In this document: positions 36,882 to 46,697 of the stretch, one piece after another
How the letters are laid out: the number at the start of each line of letters is the position of its first letter
Numbering within the stretch: position 1 is the first letter of the stretch
From: an uncultured Gemmatimonadales bacterium
GTDB taxonomy: Bacteria; Gemmatimonadota; Gemmatimonadetes; Gemmatimonadales; GWC2-71-9
Length of the DNA stretch: 64,000 nt
NCBI GenBank assembly: GCA_963795085.1
Contig: CAWCFX010000004.1
Coordinates: 96,001-160,000, forward strand
Direction of reading: 5' to 3'
Made by a program: the position numbers and the translations under genes
The notes under the pieces: model-generated
What the model saw: the letters and a program-made list of their open reading frames with translations, nothing else
Told to the model about the DNA's origin: nothing
Database searches by the model: none

Positions 36882-38945
36882 CTAATGGGCGCCCGCCAGC
36901 TCCCGCTCCTCCTTATTGTCCGTTGCCACCTTGGCCGCTACCTCAGCCGGCGCCTCCACGTACCCGTGGAACTTCTGCCGGTAGGTGCCCCGTCCATGGG
37001 TAATCGAGTGCAGCGTCGTTGCGTACTTGTAGAGTTCGGCCTCCGGGACGATGGATTTGACCTTGGTCAGCCGTCCATCCTGCTCCGTCCCCAGGATCTG
37101 GCCTCGCCTGGCGCTGAGGTCCCCCATGACATCGCCCAGCACGTCGTCCGGGGTCCACACCTCCACGTCCATGAGCGGCTCCAGCAGAATGGGTCGGCAC
37201 TGCGGCGCCACGTTCCGAAAGGCGAGGATTCCGGCCATCTTGAACGACATCTCGTTGGAATCCACGTCGTGGTACGATCCATCGAAACACTCGGCCCGGA
37301 AATCCACCATGGGGAAGCCCGCCACCACCCCCCGAAGCGCCGACTCCTGGATTCCCCGGTCTACCGCCGGCACATACTTGCCCGGGATCACCCCCCCCAC
37401 GATGGCATTGACGAATTCATAGCCCCCGCCCCGGGGCAGGGGTGACAGGCGGACCCAGCAGTCTCCATACTGCCCCCGCCCGCCCGACTGTTTCTTGTGC
37501 TTGCCCTGTCCCTCCGCCTTGCTCTTGATGGTTTCGCGATAGGCGATCCGGGGCCGGACCAGTTCGGCATGGACGCCGAACTTCCGCTGCAGGCGGCCCA
37601 GGATGATCTCGAAATGCTTCTCTCCCATGCCGTGGATCAGGGTCTGCCCCAGCTCCGAACTGTACTCAAAGTGGAAGGTCGGGTCCTCTTCGTGCAGCCG
37701 GTGCAGGCCCGCCGCCAGCTTGTCCTCTTCGCCGCGCTGGCGCACTACCACGGCCGAGGTCGCGATCGCGTCCGGAAAGGGCACCGGGGGCAGCCGGAGC
37801 GGGTGGTCCCGACGGCAGAAGGTATCGTTGGTGTGGGTGTCCTTGAGCTTGGCCACCGAGCCGATGTCGCCGGCGTGGAGTTCGGTCACCTCGGTGCGTT
37901 CCTTGCCCAGCTGAATTGAGAGGTGGTTCAGCTTCTCGGCGACGCTGTGCTCCGCGTTCCAGACTTCGTCCCCGTTCTTGATGGTGCCGGTATAGACGCG
38001 GAACAGGGTGACGTCGCCGATGTGGGGCTCGGAGACGGTCTTGAACACCCGCCCCAGGAGGGGCGGCCGGCCGTCGGCCCCGTCGGGCAGTGGCGTTTCC
38101 GCCGGTGAGGGAAACAATTCAACCATCTTCTTGAGCAGGGCGCGGGTACCGTAGGTCAGTTCGCCGCTGCCGCAGAAGAGCGGCACGATCTCGCCCGCCG
38201 CCATTGCCTTCTTCATGCCGGCGATCACATCCGCCCGGGGGATCTCCGCCCCGCCCAGGTAGCGCTCCAGCAGATCGTCGTCGGTGGAGGCCACCGTCTC
38301 CGTCAGCAGCAGACTATAGCGCTCGAACTTTTCCCGGTACTCCTCCGGCACCGGCCCCTTGTCGTACTCGCCGGACTTGGTCCCCTTCCTGTAGAGATGG
38401 CAGCTTCCCGAGAACAGGTTGATGATCCCGTGAAAATCCTGGCCATTGCCGACCGGGATCTCTACCGGGACCACCTTGGGCGTCAGGTGTTCCTTGACAT
38501 CATTGAACACGTCCTCAAAATCGGCGTGCTCCTTGTCCATCTGGGTCACGAAGAGAATCCGGGGCAGGTGCAGCCGGTCGCACACTTCCCAGACCTTCTC
38601 CGTGCCCACCTCGACGCCGGCGACACCACCGAGCACGACGACCGCGGCGTCGGCGGTATAGAGGCCGGAAATCGTCTCTCCGAAGAAATCAAGAAACCCC
38701 GGGGTGTCAATCAGGTTGATCTTGGTATCCATCCACTCCGCGTAGGCCAGGCCCAGGCTGATGGAATGCTTGCGGTCGATTTCGTCGGGTGTGTAATCGG
38801 TGAGAGCGGTTCCGTCTTTAATGGAACCATGACGGCGGCTGGTGCCAGCCACGAAGGCCAGGGCGTCAACGAGAGTGGATTTACCCGATCCGCCATGGCC
38901 GACAAAGGCGACGTTCCGGATTGCATTCGAGCCATATGCCGGCAT
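36882..38945 (-). CDS. Elongation factor G paralog (EF-G2 type)
   Basis: GHGGSGKS, DTPGF.DF, G4 motif reads TQMD, EEDPT, GMGE.H, KKQSGGRGQYG, DGSYHDVDS, LLEP; strong SD AGGAGGTGA. Confidence 0.9.
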   Translation of the reverse strand: MPAYGSNAIRNVAFVGHGGSGKSTLVDALAFVAGTSRRHGSIKDGTALTDYTPDEIDRKHSISLGLAYAEWMDTKINLIDTPGFLDFFGETISGLYTADAAVVVLGGVAGVEVGTEKVWEVCDRLHLPRILFVTQMDKEHADFEDVFNDVKEHLTPKVVPVEIPVGNGQDFHGIINLFSGSCHLYRKGTKSGEYDKGPVPEEYREKFERYSLLLTETVASTDDDLLERYLGGAEIPRADVIAGMKKAMAAGEIVPLFCGSGELTYGTRALLKKMVELFPSPAETPLPDGADGRPPLLGRVFKTVSEPHIGDVTLFRVYTGTIKNGDEVWNAEHSVAEKLNHLSIQLGKERTEVTELHAGDIGSVAKLKDTHTNDTFCRRDHPLRLPPVPFPDAIATSAVVVRQRGEEDKLAAGLHRLHEEDPTFHFEYSSELGQTLIHGMGEKHFEIILGRLQRKFGVHAELVRPRIAYRETIKSKAEGQGKHKKQSGGRGQYGDCWVRLSPLPRGGGYEFVNAIVGGVIPGKYVPAVDRGIQESALRGVVAGFPMVDFRAECFDGSYHDVDSNEMSFKMAGILAFRNVAPQCRPILLEPLMDVEVWTPDDVLGDVMGDLSARRGQILGTEQDGRLTKVKSIVPEAELYKYATTLHSITHGRGTYRQKFHGYVEAPAEVAAKVATDNKEERELAGAH

Positions 38946-38975
38946 GGCTCACCTCCTGGAAGCATAGGGGTACTG

Positions 38976-39004
38976 ATTTTGGCCCCAATTCCCCGCCTTG
39001 TCAA
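38976..39004 (-). promoter_or_regulatory. sigma70 promoter for the EF-G paralog
   Basis: Minus strand TTGACA (39004-38999), 17 nt, CAAAAT (38981-76). Confidence 0.55.
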
Positions 39005-39177
39005 ATATCTGCCGGAAGGGGACCTGGATCACTTCGCCCCGAATGGGCGTTTCACATACTCAGGGAGGCAGTCCAAGCCTGGGGGCGTGGGCCCTCTACA
39101 GGTTCCCTGCGGTAAATTGAGCCGGCGTGCGTAGAATGGGTTACTACCCTGACGTGACATTGGGATACACTGGGCAC

Positions 39178-39471
39178 ATGCATTTCGTCGCGGAAGCGAT
39201 CCTGCCCAGCTATCTGGAGGCCCTGCAACGGGTCCTGGATGATGCCATGGAGCGGCTGCCCCCAGGCGGTCCCCGGCGCATCCTGGCCCGGCTTCGCCGT
39301 CGGCTCCGAAAACCGGCGACCGCCCTCCGGTTCGAATCCCTGCACCGCCTGGTCACGCTAGGGGAAGCCCAGGGGTGGCTGACCACCGACGAGGCCATCA
39401 CGATCCGCAAGCTTGCCTACCGCTGCTCGTTCTACCTGCGCAGGGCAGGCAAGGCCGAGCCATCCTCTTAG
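39178..39471 (+). CDS. Small basic hypothetical protein
   Basis: Fills the gap between the EF-G paralog and the ABC gene with GC-rich third positions; TACACT 6 nt before the ATG suggests a leaderless start. Confidence 0.5.
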   Translation: MHFVAEAILPSYLEALQRVLDDAMERLPPGGPRRILARLRRRLRKPATALRFESLHRLVTLGEAQGWLTTDEAITIRKLAYRCSFYLRRAGKAEPSS

Positions 39472-39487
39472 CCGTCCTCGCCCGGCG

Positions 39488-41371
39488 CTACCGGTACCCC
39501 TTGGCCTGGAGCGCGAACAGCTCCGCGTACAGGCCCCCCTGGTGGAGCAGCTGCTCGTGGGTGCCCTGCTCCACCATCGTTCCCCCTTGGAGCACCAGGA
39601 TCCGGTTGGCCATCCGCACCGTGCTGAACCGGTGCGAGATCAGCACCGCCATTTTCCCCGCGGTCAGCTCGGAGAACCGCAGGAACACCTCGTATTCGGC
39701 CCGGGCATCGAGCGCCGCCGTCGGTTCGTCGAGAATCAGCAGCTGCGCTTCGCGCAGGTAGGCGCGTGCCAGCGCCACCTTCTGCCATTCGCCGCCGGAC
39801 AGGTCCACCCCGCCCTCAAAGCGCCGACCCAGCATCTGGTTCATTCCGCCCTCCAGCCGCGCAATCACCGGGGTGGCCAGGCTCCGGTCCGCGGCGGTGG
39901 CGATCGCGGGATCGTTCTCCAGTTCGCTGATATCGCCGACCGCGATGTTTTCCCGGGCGTTCAGGTCGTAGCGGACGAAATCCTGGAAGATCACGCCCAC
40001 GTTGCGGCGGAGGCTCTCCACGTCATAGTCCCGGAGATCCACGCCGTCCAGGAGAATCCGGCCTTCGGTCGGGTCATAGAGCCGGGCCAGCAGCTTGACC
40101 AGGGTGGTCTTGCCGGCCCCGTTCTCTCCCACCAGCGCCAGCCGCTCCCCTGCCGTGAGGGTGAACGACAGATTCCGCACCGCCCAGGTGTCGCCGTTGG
40201 GGTAGCGAAAGCCGACCCGGTCGAAGACGAAACCCTCCCGGATCGGCAGGGGGACCGGCCTGGCGCCGGCGGCCGAAGCGATCCGGGGTTTGAGGGTGAA
40301 GAAGCTGAACAGGTCGTCGAGGTAGAGGCTCTGCTCGTAGATCTGGGTCAGCGAGAGGAGCACCCGCTGAATCAGGTCCCGGCTCTGCCGGAAGGACGCG
40401 GCGAGAAACGTGAGGACGCCGATAGTAAACAAGCCGGCCGGCGACTGGTATCCGACGATGGTCAGGTAAACGATGACGCCGTACGCGCCATAGTATCCCA
40501 GCGTCCCCACGACGGCGAGCAGTCCGGACACCAGGCTGCGCCGCACGGCCAGGCTCTTGTTGGCCCGGTAGAAATCATCCGACAGCCGGGCGTACCGCTC
40601 CACCAGGAACGGCGACAGCCCGAACAGCTTGATCTCCTTGGCGGTGACATCACTGGCTCCGGCATAGCGGAGGTAATCCAGCAGGCGCCGCTGCGGTGTC
40701 CAGGAGTAAAGCAGCGAATAGCCCAGGGAAGCGAAGTGGCTCTCCCCCAGGAAGGACGGGATCACCGAGACGGCCAGCAGCAGCAACAGCCAGGGCACGT
40801 ACACCAGCAGCGCCAGCGACAGGGAGACGAGCGTGATGAGATCCTGCACGGTGGCGAGCAACTGGGTAAACAACCCGATGCGCCCCACGGTCTGCCGCCG
40901 GGCACGCTCCAGCCGGTCGTAGGTTTCCGCATCTTCAAATTGCTCCAGGTCCAGGCTCGCGGCATGCTCCATGAGCTGGACGCTGGTCCGGTTGGCGAAG
41001 AGATCGCCCAGCAGGCTTTCATACAGCGTGCTGAGCCGGGCCAGCGCCTCCCCTCCAATCGCGATGGCGAGTTCGACCCCGACCAGCAGTGCCAGATAGT
41101 TCCAGTCCACCACGGTGCCGGCCTGGGTGCGTTCGATGGAATCCACGACCCCGTCGATGATCAGCTTTCCGATCCACAATACCACGATGGGAATGGCGGC
41201 CCGGAAGCCCCGAAGCACCATGATGGCCAGGGTGTATCCGCGATGGGTTTCCCACACCAGTTGGAAGAGTCGCGGCAGGTGCCGGAGCGCCTGCAGCCGG
41301 TCCCGCCAGGGCTTGGGGCCCTCGTCGAGACCACGGCCGGCGGGAACGAAGAGCGGGCGTGGGGGTGCCAT
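39488..41371 (-). CDS. ABC exporter, fused permease/ATPase
   Basis: N-terminal TM domain; GENGAGKTT, LSGGEWQK, ILDEPT, ISHRFS. Confidence 0.92.
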   Translation of the reverse strand: MAPPRPLFVPAGRGLDEGPKPWRDRLQALRHLPRLFQLVWETHRGYTLAIMVLRGFRAAIPIVVLWIGKLIIDGVVDSIERTQAGTVVDWNYLALLVGVELAIAIGGEALARLSTLYESLLGDLFANRTSVQLMEHAASLDLEQFEDAETYDRLERARRQTVGRIGLFTQLLATVQDLITLVSLSLALLVYVPWLLLLLAVSVIPSFLGESHFASLGYSLLYSWTPQRRLLDYLRYAGASDVTAKEIKLFGLSPFLVERYARLSDDFYRANKSLAVRRSLVSGLLAVVGTLGYYGAYGVIVYLTIVGYQSPAGLFTIGVLTFLAASFRQSRDLIQRVLLSLTQIYEQSLYLDDLFSFFTLKPRIASAAGARPVPLPIREGFVFDRVGFRYPNGDTWAVRNLSFTLTAGERLALVGENGAGKTTLVKLLARLYDPTEGRILLDGVDLRDYDVESLRRNVGVIFQDFVRYDLNARENIAVGDISELENDPAIATAADRSLATPVIARLEGGMNQMLGRRFEGGVDLSGGEWQKVALARAYLREAQLLILDEPTAALDARAEYEVFLRFSELTAGKMAVLISHRFSTVRMANRILVLQGGTMVEQGTHEQLLHQGGLYAELFALQAKGYR

Positions 41372-41417
41372 GGTCAAAAAGGTAAGCGGATCACGGCAAA
41401 CTGCTTACTTTCCCGGT

Positions 41418-42119
41418 ATGAAAACGGCACTGGTCACCGGGGGAACCGAGGGAATTGGTCGGGCGATCGCGTTCGCGCTGGGCCGCGCCGGCTATCGGGT
41501 GGGGGTCTGCGCCCGGACCGCATCCAGGGTGAAGGAAACCGTGGCGGCATTGGAGGCCGCCGGGTACCCGGCGGCCGGTGCCGCGGCGGATGTCGGCAAC
41601 CCGGCCGACATAGCAGCCGCGATCACCGGCATGGTCGAACAGCTGGGCCCCGTGGATGTCCTCGTCAACAACGCGGGCGTGGGGATCATCAAGCCGTTCG
41701 ACGAACTCAGCCTGGAGGACTGGGACCGTACCATGACCACCAACCTCCGGAGTCTGTACCTGGTAACCCGGCAGGTGCTGCCCGCGATGCGACAGCGGCG
41801 GGCCGGGACCATCGTGAACATCGCCAGCCTGGCCGGCCGCAACGGGTTCGTCGGCGGCGCCGCGTACTCGGCGTCCAAGCACGCGATGCTGGGCTTCAGC
41901 CAGTCGCTGATGCTGGAAGTCCGCAAGGACAACGTCCGGGTCATCGCCATCTGCCCCGGTTCGGTGGACACCGATATGCTCCAGAGTTCGGAGATGCTGG
42001 CAAAGCCGGCCGCCCGCATCCTCGCCCCAGAGGACGTGGCCGATGTCGTGCTCGCCGCGCTGGCCCTTCCCGAGCGCGCCATGGTCAGCGAACTGGATAT
42101 CCGCCCCACCAATCCCTGA
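41418..42119 (+). CDS. SDR-family oxidoreductase
   Basis: TGGTEGIG, NNAG, NIAS, YSASK, ICPGSVDT. Confidence 0.92.
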   Translation: MKTALVTGGTEGIGRAIAFALGRAGYRVGVCARTASRVKETVAALEAAGYPAAGAAADVGNPADIAAAITGMVEQLGPVDVLVNNAGVGIIKPFDELSLEDWDRTMTTNLRSLYLVTRQVLPAMRQRRAGTIVNIASLAGRNGFVGGAAYSASKHAMLGFSQSLMLEVRKDNVRVIAICPGSVDTDMLQSSEMLAKPAARILAPEDVADVVLAALALPERAMVSELDIRPTNP

Positions 42120-42326
42120 ATGTCCCTGCTCATTACCATGTGCGTCTGCCAGCGGATGCCCTTCGAGCGGCTGCTGCCGCTGGCCCGGCAGAACCAGTGG
42201 ACCCTCGAGGACATGATGCGGGAGACCCAGTGCGGGGCTGGCTGCGGACTCTGCCGGCCCTATCTCCGGGAGATGCTCCGGACCGGGCAGACCGTGTTCC
42301 GGGAAATCCTGACCGAGCCGGGCTGA
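42120..42326 (+). CDS. BFD-like [2Fe-2S]-binding protein
   Basis: CVC...CGAGCGLC pattern; starts immediately after the SDR stop. Confidence 0.75.
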   Translation: MSLLITMCVCQRMPFERLLPLARQNQWTLEDMMRETQCGAGCGLCRPYLREMLRTGQTVFREILTEPG

Positions 42327-42381
42327 CCGCCGCGTCCCGCCCCCTTACCGTAGCGGCGAAACCCGGTCAGATTTCACGCCG

Positions 42382-43956
42382 ATGGCTTCCCCCCTCCTCA
42401 ACTCCCGGATCCAGGATGCCCGCGACCGGGTCTTCCGCACCCGGCCCCTGGTGGCAATCGACATCCTCCTTGGATGGGCGAGCGTCTACCTGGTCAGCAG
42501 CGGCCACTGGAGCGGATATCTCCTCGCCCTCGTCACCACCGCGTTGGCCCTCGTCATCATGCGCCGGGGGCAGGTGCTGGCCGAGAAGCAGAAAGAGCGC
42601 TACCGGGTCGCCTACGAGTCGGCCGAAGCCCGCAGCCGGGAACTGGACCGGCTGGCGGCGCTCGCGGCAACCCTGCTCAAGGGCACCGACATCCCCGTCC
42701 TGTTCCGGGAGATCGCCCAGTCGGCCTCCGACCTGCTCCAGGCGGAATCAGGCGTCATTACCCTGGTGGTGGAGGAGGGGCGCTTCCTCAGGATGGTGGC
42801 GGCCACCGGACCGCTGGAGACCGCGGTCGGATCGCTCATCCCGGTGGATAAGTCACTTTCCGGCTGGGTGGTGGCCAATGAGCAGCCCCTGCTCAGCGAG
42901 GACATGGACGCCGATCCCCGCACCTTTACCCTGCCCGAGGTAACCTCCCATCTTCGCACGACGGCGATCGTGCCGCTGCGTTCCGCCGAGGTGGTGATCG
43001 GCACCGTCAGCGTTCACAACCGGCACAACGGGAAATCGTTCGGGGAGCACGATCTCCAGCTGCTTCGCACGCTGGGCGAGCAGGCGGTCATCGGGCTGGA
43101 CCGGGCGCACGTCCTGGAAGAGAGCCGCAAGAGCGAGCGCGCCCTGGCCGCCAAGAACACCGAGCTGCAGCGCGCCACCCAGCTCAAGAACGAGTTCCTG
43201 GCCAACATGTCCCACGAGCTCCGGACCCCGCTCAACTCCATCATCGGCTTTTCCGACCTGATGCTGAGCCAGGCGGTCGGGCCCGTCAATGAGCAGCAAG
43301 AGGATTTTCTCGGGGCCATTCTCCGGAACGGCCGCCACCTGCTGGGCCTGATCAACAGCGTGCTGGACCTGGCCAAGATCGAAGCCGGCAGGATGACCCT
43401 GGACCTGGCGCCTACCGATCTCCGGAACGCCATCAGGCAGGCCGTCGGGGACACCGCGAGCTTGCGGACCGCGAAGCAGCAGGCCTGCACGCTCCAGATG
43501 GACGAGGACACCCCGCTGATCATCCTGGGTGACGACCAGCGGGTTCGCCAGGTCCTCTTCAACCTGCTGTCCAACGCCTCCAAGTTCACCTCCGAGAGCG
43601 GGACCATTTCCCTCTCGGCCATTCGCACCCGGGCGCCGTTACCGGTCCCGTCAGAGCGGACCGGTGAGCAGTCCCGGCTGGTGACCCGGGACGCGGTCTG
43701 GGTGTCCATCGTCGATACCGGGATCGGCATTAAGGCCGAGGACATGTCCAAGCTCTTCCAGGAATTCTCCCAGGTGGATACCTCGGCGAGCCGCCGGGCC
43801 CAGGGCACCGGACTGGGCCTCGCCCTCTGCAAGAAGTTTGTAGAAGCCCACGGCGGCACGATCGGCGCCGACTCCATCTACGGCACCGGGAGCACCTTCT
43901 GGTTCATCCTTCCCGCCGAAGGGCCGGTGCGGCGGTCAACTTCCCTCCCCGCATGA
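42382..43956 (+). CDS. Membrane-anchored GAF sensor histidine kinase (no adjacent response regulator)
   Basis: Two N-terminal TMs, GAF-like region, FLANMSHELRTPLN, NLLSNASKFT, DTGIGI, GTGLGL. Confidence 0.92.
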   Translation: MASPLLNSRIQDARDRVFRTRPLVAIDILLGWASVYLVSSGHWSGYLLALVTTALALVIMRRGQVLAEKQKERYRVAYESAEARSRELDRLAALAATLLKGTDIPVLFREIAQSASDLLQAESGVITLVVEEGRFLRMVAATGPLETAVGSLIPVDKSLSGWVVANEQPLLSEDMDADPRTFTLPEVTSHLRTTAIVPLRSAEVVIGTVSVHNRHNGKSFGEHDLQLLRTLGEQAVIGLDRAHVLEESRKSERALAAKNTELQRATQLKNEFLANMSHELRTPLNSIIGFSDLMLSQAVGPVNEQQEDFLGAILRNGRHLLGLINSVLDLAKIEAGRMTLDLAPTDLRNAIRQAVGDTASLRTAKQQACTLQMDEDTPLIILGDDQRVRQVLFNLLSNASKFTSESGTISLSAIRTRAPLPVPSERTGEQSRLVTRDAVWVSIVDTGIGIKAEDMSKLFQEFSQVDTSASRRAQGTGLGLALCKKFVEAHGGTIGADSIYGTGSTFWFILPAEGPVRRSTSLPA

Positions 43957-43957
43957 A

Positions 43958-43993
43958 GAAGCCCCGCGAGGGCTGGCGCCTTCGCGGGGCTTC
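43958..43993. terminator. Bidirectional hairpin terminator
   Basis: GAAGCCCCGCGAGGGC-TGGC-GCCTTCGCGGGGCTTC between convergent genes. Confidence 0.75.
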
Positions 43994-44008
43994 GTCGAGC
44001 CGGCGGGC

Positions 44009-45598
44009 TCAGCGGTTCCGAGCCAGGTTCAGCGTGTAGGCGCCCATTCCCTTGCTGAACAGCGAATTGGCACGGATCACATACTCTCCATCGCTTTCCA
44101 GCTGGTACTCCAGCTTGGAATCGGTGCCGCCAGCTCCGTCGTCGTCGCTTTCGATCTGGCTAAACGCCTCTCCCTCCAGCCGCCCCAGCGCGACGTAGGT
44201 GTCGAACGCCCCGGATTTCATCGTGATCACGATCCGCTCTCCGCTCCGGCCGGTGAACTTCCACAGGTCGTAATGCGAGTCGTCGTCCATCTGGGGATCC
44301 GACGCGCTCAGCTCGCCGGTCACCGTCTGGCCGTAGCGGATCGCCCCCACCGAGAGCGGGGCCAGCGGCGGAGCCTCGCCGGTTTCCAGCCGGATGGTGT
44401 AGGGGCCGGTCACGCTGGCAAACAGCGAATTGGCCCGGATCACGAAAGTGCCGTCCCGGGGGATCCGATACACGACCTGGGCGTCGTCGTTGCCGCCGGA
44501 ATCGTCATCGCTTTCCAGCGCGCTGAAGCTCCCCCCCTCGACCCGGCCGACCGCAAGGTAGGAGTCGAAGGCGGTGGAGCGCATGGTGACCGTCACCTGC
44601 TGGCCCCGGCGGCCGGTGAAGGAGAAAAGGTCATAGCGGGAGTTATCGTCCATCCGGGGATCCGATTCGGCCAGCTCGCCGTTGAGCGTCTGGCCGGCCC
44701 GGATGATGACCGGCTCCGGCAGCGGGTCCGCGGGACCGTCGTCGTCGTCGTGGTCCTGGTCTTCGACGGCCACCTCGCCGGGGTCCCCGGCCTCGAGCAG
44801 CAGAGTATAGTCGCCGGTTTCCCCTTCGGAGAGGGAGTTCACCCGTACCACGTACTCGCCATCGCTGCCCAGGGTCACCGTGAGCCGGGCATCGCTGCCG
44901 CCGGCGCCGTCGTCGTCACTGCCGAGGGCGAGGTAATCGTCCCCATTCATCTGCCCGATCGACACGTAGGCGTCGAAATCTTCGGAGCGCAAAATCGCCC
45001 TGATGGTTTCTCCCGCCTGCCCCTGGTAGGTCCACAGGTCGTAGTGGGAATCGTCGTCCAGGAGGGGATCCGAATCGCTCAGCTCTCCGCTTACTCTGGT
45101 GCCCAGCTGTAACCGGCCCAGGGAGACCGCCGGAGTGCTGACCGGTCCGTCCTCGACCAGGAGGTTATAGGCGCCGGCCTCGCCGGCGCCCAGGGAATTG
45201 ACCCGGATGTGATAGACGCCGGATTCCTCGATGGTCATCCGGACCTGGGCGTCGGTACCGCCGGCTCCGTCGTCATCGGTTTCCATGCTGCTGAACTCAT
45301 CGCCATCCATGGTGCCTACAGTCAGGTAGGCATCGAAATCCGACGAACGCAGGGTGATCCGCAGCCGCTCGCCAGCCTGGGCCTGGTAGGTCCACACGTC
45401 GTAGTGGGAATCGTCGTCCAGGGTGGGATCGGACGCGCTGAGGGTCCCTCGACCGGCTTGACCCTTGGTGAGCTGGCCCTGGGCATACGCCGGATGGAGC
45501 AGGCCGGAGAAAGCGTTCAGGGCCAGGACCGCCGTCAGGAACCCTGCGGCCCGGGCGGACCTGCTGATCATGCTGGAGTTACGGCGCTGGGAGTCCAT
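44009..45598 (-). CDS. Secreted protein of four tandem PPC (pre-peptidase C-terminal)-like domains
   Basis: Signal peptide; four repeats of G.L..SDP..DD.S.YD....G..G.......S..FD.Y......DDD..GG....Y.IR.NS...G.Y. Confidence 0.8.
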   Translation of the reverse strand: MDSQRRNSSMISRSARAAGFLTAVLALNAFSGLLHPAYAQGQLTKGQAGRGTLSASDPTLDDDSHYDVWTYQAQAGERLRITLRSSDFDAYLTVGTMDGDEFSSMETDDDGAGGTDAQVRMTIEESGVYHIRVNSLGAGEAGAYNLLVEDGPVSTPAVSLGRLQLGTRVSGELSDSDPLLDDDSHYDLWTYQGQAGETIRAILRSEDFDAYVSIGQMNGDDYLALGSDDDGAGGSDARLTVTLGSDGEYVVRVNSLSEGETGDYTLLLEAGDPGEVAVEDQDHDDDDGPADPLPEPVIIRAGQTLNGELAESDPRMDDNSRYDLFSFTGRRGQQVTVTMRSTAFDSYLAVGRVEGGSFSALESDDDSGGNDDAQVVYRIPRDGTFVIRANSLFASVTGPYTIRLETGEAPPLAPLSVGAIRYGQTVTGELSASDPQMDDDSHYDLWKFTGRSGERIVITMKSGAFDTYVALGRLEGEAFSQIESDDDGAGGTDSKLEYQLESDGEYVIRANSLFSKGMGAYTLNLARNR

Positions 45599-45683
45599 CG
45601 TGACGTTCCTGGCCGCTGGGGCCGGTGAAGATGGTTTGGCTGCAAGCGCCGAAATGTTGGGGCCGAGCCGTTACGGCGCAAGC

Positions 45684-46661
45684 CTAGGCTAACGCGGCCA
45701 GCGATCGGCGCACGAACACGGGGACCATGTCCTTGCGCCAACCGATGGTGAAATCGGTGTTGTCCAGGGGCTTCGCGGGCCGGGAGGCTGCCCGCGCCAC
45801 GGCATCCAGAACCTCGTCGGTCAGGTGCTGGCCGCGGGCCGCGGCGGCCCCCTCTTCGCTAACCTTGGGAAATGACCCAACCGCCCCCAGCACGATCCGG
45901 ATGTCATCCACTACCCCTTCGGCGCCCAACCGAACCCAGGTCGCCACCCCCAGCACCGGAAAGTCAAACGCGCCCCGCCGCCGCAACTTGAGGTAGTTGG
46001 CCCGGGCCCCGTCCAGCGGCGGCACCTCGATCGTGACCAGCAACTCGTCCGGCTGCTTGGTCAGGAACTGGATGCCGTCGTCATGGTAGAAGGCGGCGGC
46101 GGGCACCACCCGCTCTCCCGCCGGGCCGGCCAGCCGCAGGTGGGCTCCCAGAGCGACCATCACCGGCGCGAGATCGCTCGATTGCACCGCCCAGCAGCGC
46201 GGACTCGACGGGGCGACCCAGCAGATCTTGCCGTCCTTCTTCATGCAGAAGTCGATCGCCTTTCGCCACTCGTAGTTCTGGTCGTAATAGTTGCAGCGGG
46301 TATCGAGCAGCAGGTTGCCGCCCACCGTGCCCATGTTCTGCAGGATGGGCGTCGAGATTTCGGCCGCCGCCTGGCCCAGCACCGGCCACTGTTTGCGGAC
46401 CTGGGGATCCCGGATCAACCGGGTCAGCGATACCCCGGCACCGATCCGAAGCACCCCGTCCGAACCGGCCCGAATCTCGCCCAGCGCGCCGATGCCCCGG
46501 ATATCGATGACCACCGAGGGCGTCTGCTGCCGGCGCTTCATGTTGGGATAGAGATCGGTACCCCCCGCCACGTAGGCGGAGGAGGGATGGGCGCGCTTGA
46601 ACTCGACCGCCTCATCGATGGAGCGGGCGAACATGGCCTGGAATACGGGCAGTCTCAACAT
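45684..46661 (-). CDS. Xanthine-dehydrogenase-family FAD subunit with [4Fe-4S] insertion (HcrB/PaoB-like)
   Basis: AGGTDL.PNMK, NMGTVGGNL, insertion RCNYY...CMKK...CWV....RCWA, KLRRRGAFDFP. Confidence 0.85.
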   Translation of the reverse strand: MLRLPVFQAMFARSIDEAVEFKRAHPSSAYVAGGTDLYPNMKRRQQTPSVVIDIRGIGALGEIRAGSDGVLRIGAGVSLTRLIRDPQVRKQWPVLGQAAAEISTPILQNMGTVGGNLLLDTRCNYYDQNYEWRKAIDFCMKKDGKICWVAPSSPRCWAVQSSDLAPVMVALGAHLRLAGPAGERVVPAAAFYHDDGIQFLTKQPDELLVTIEVPPLDGARANYLKLRRRGAFDFPVLGVATWVRLGAEGVVDDIRIVLGAVGSFPKVSEEGAAAARGQHLTDEVLDAVARAASRPAKPLDNTDFTIGWRKDMVPVFVRRSLAALA

Positions 46662-46697
46662 GGCATCGGCATCCGCAGGGGCTTCGTCATGGGGGAA

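Noticed and set aside
39413..42943. 1176-aa + strand ORF
   Set aside because: Shadow frame: antisense to the ABC exporter and out of frame over the SDR, BFD and kinase genes; no recognisable motifs
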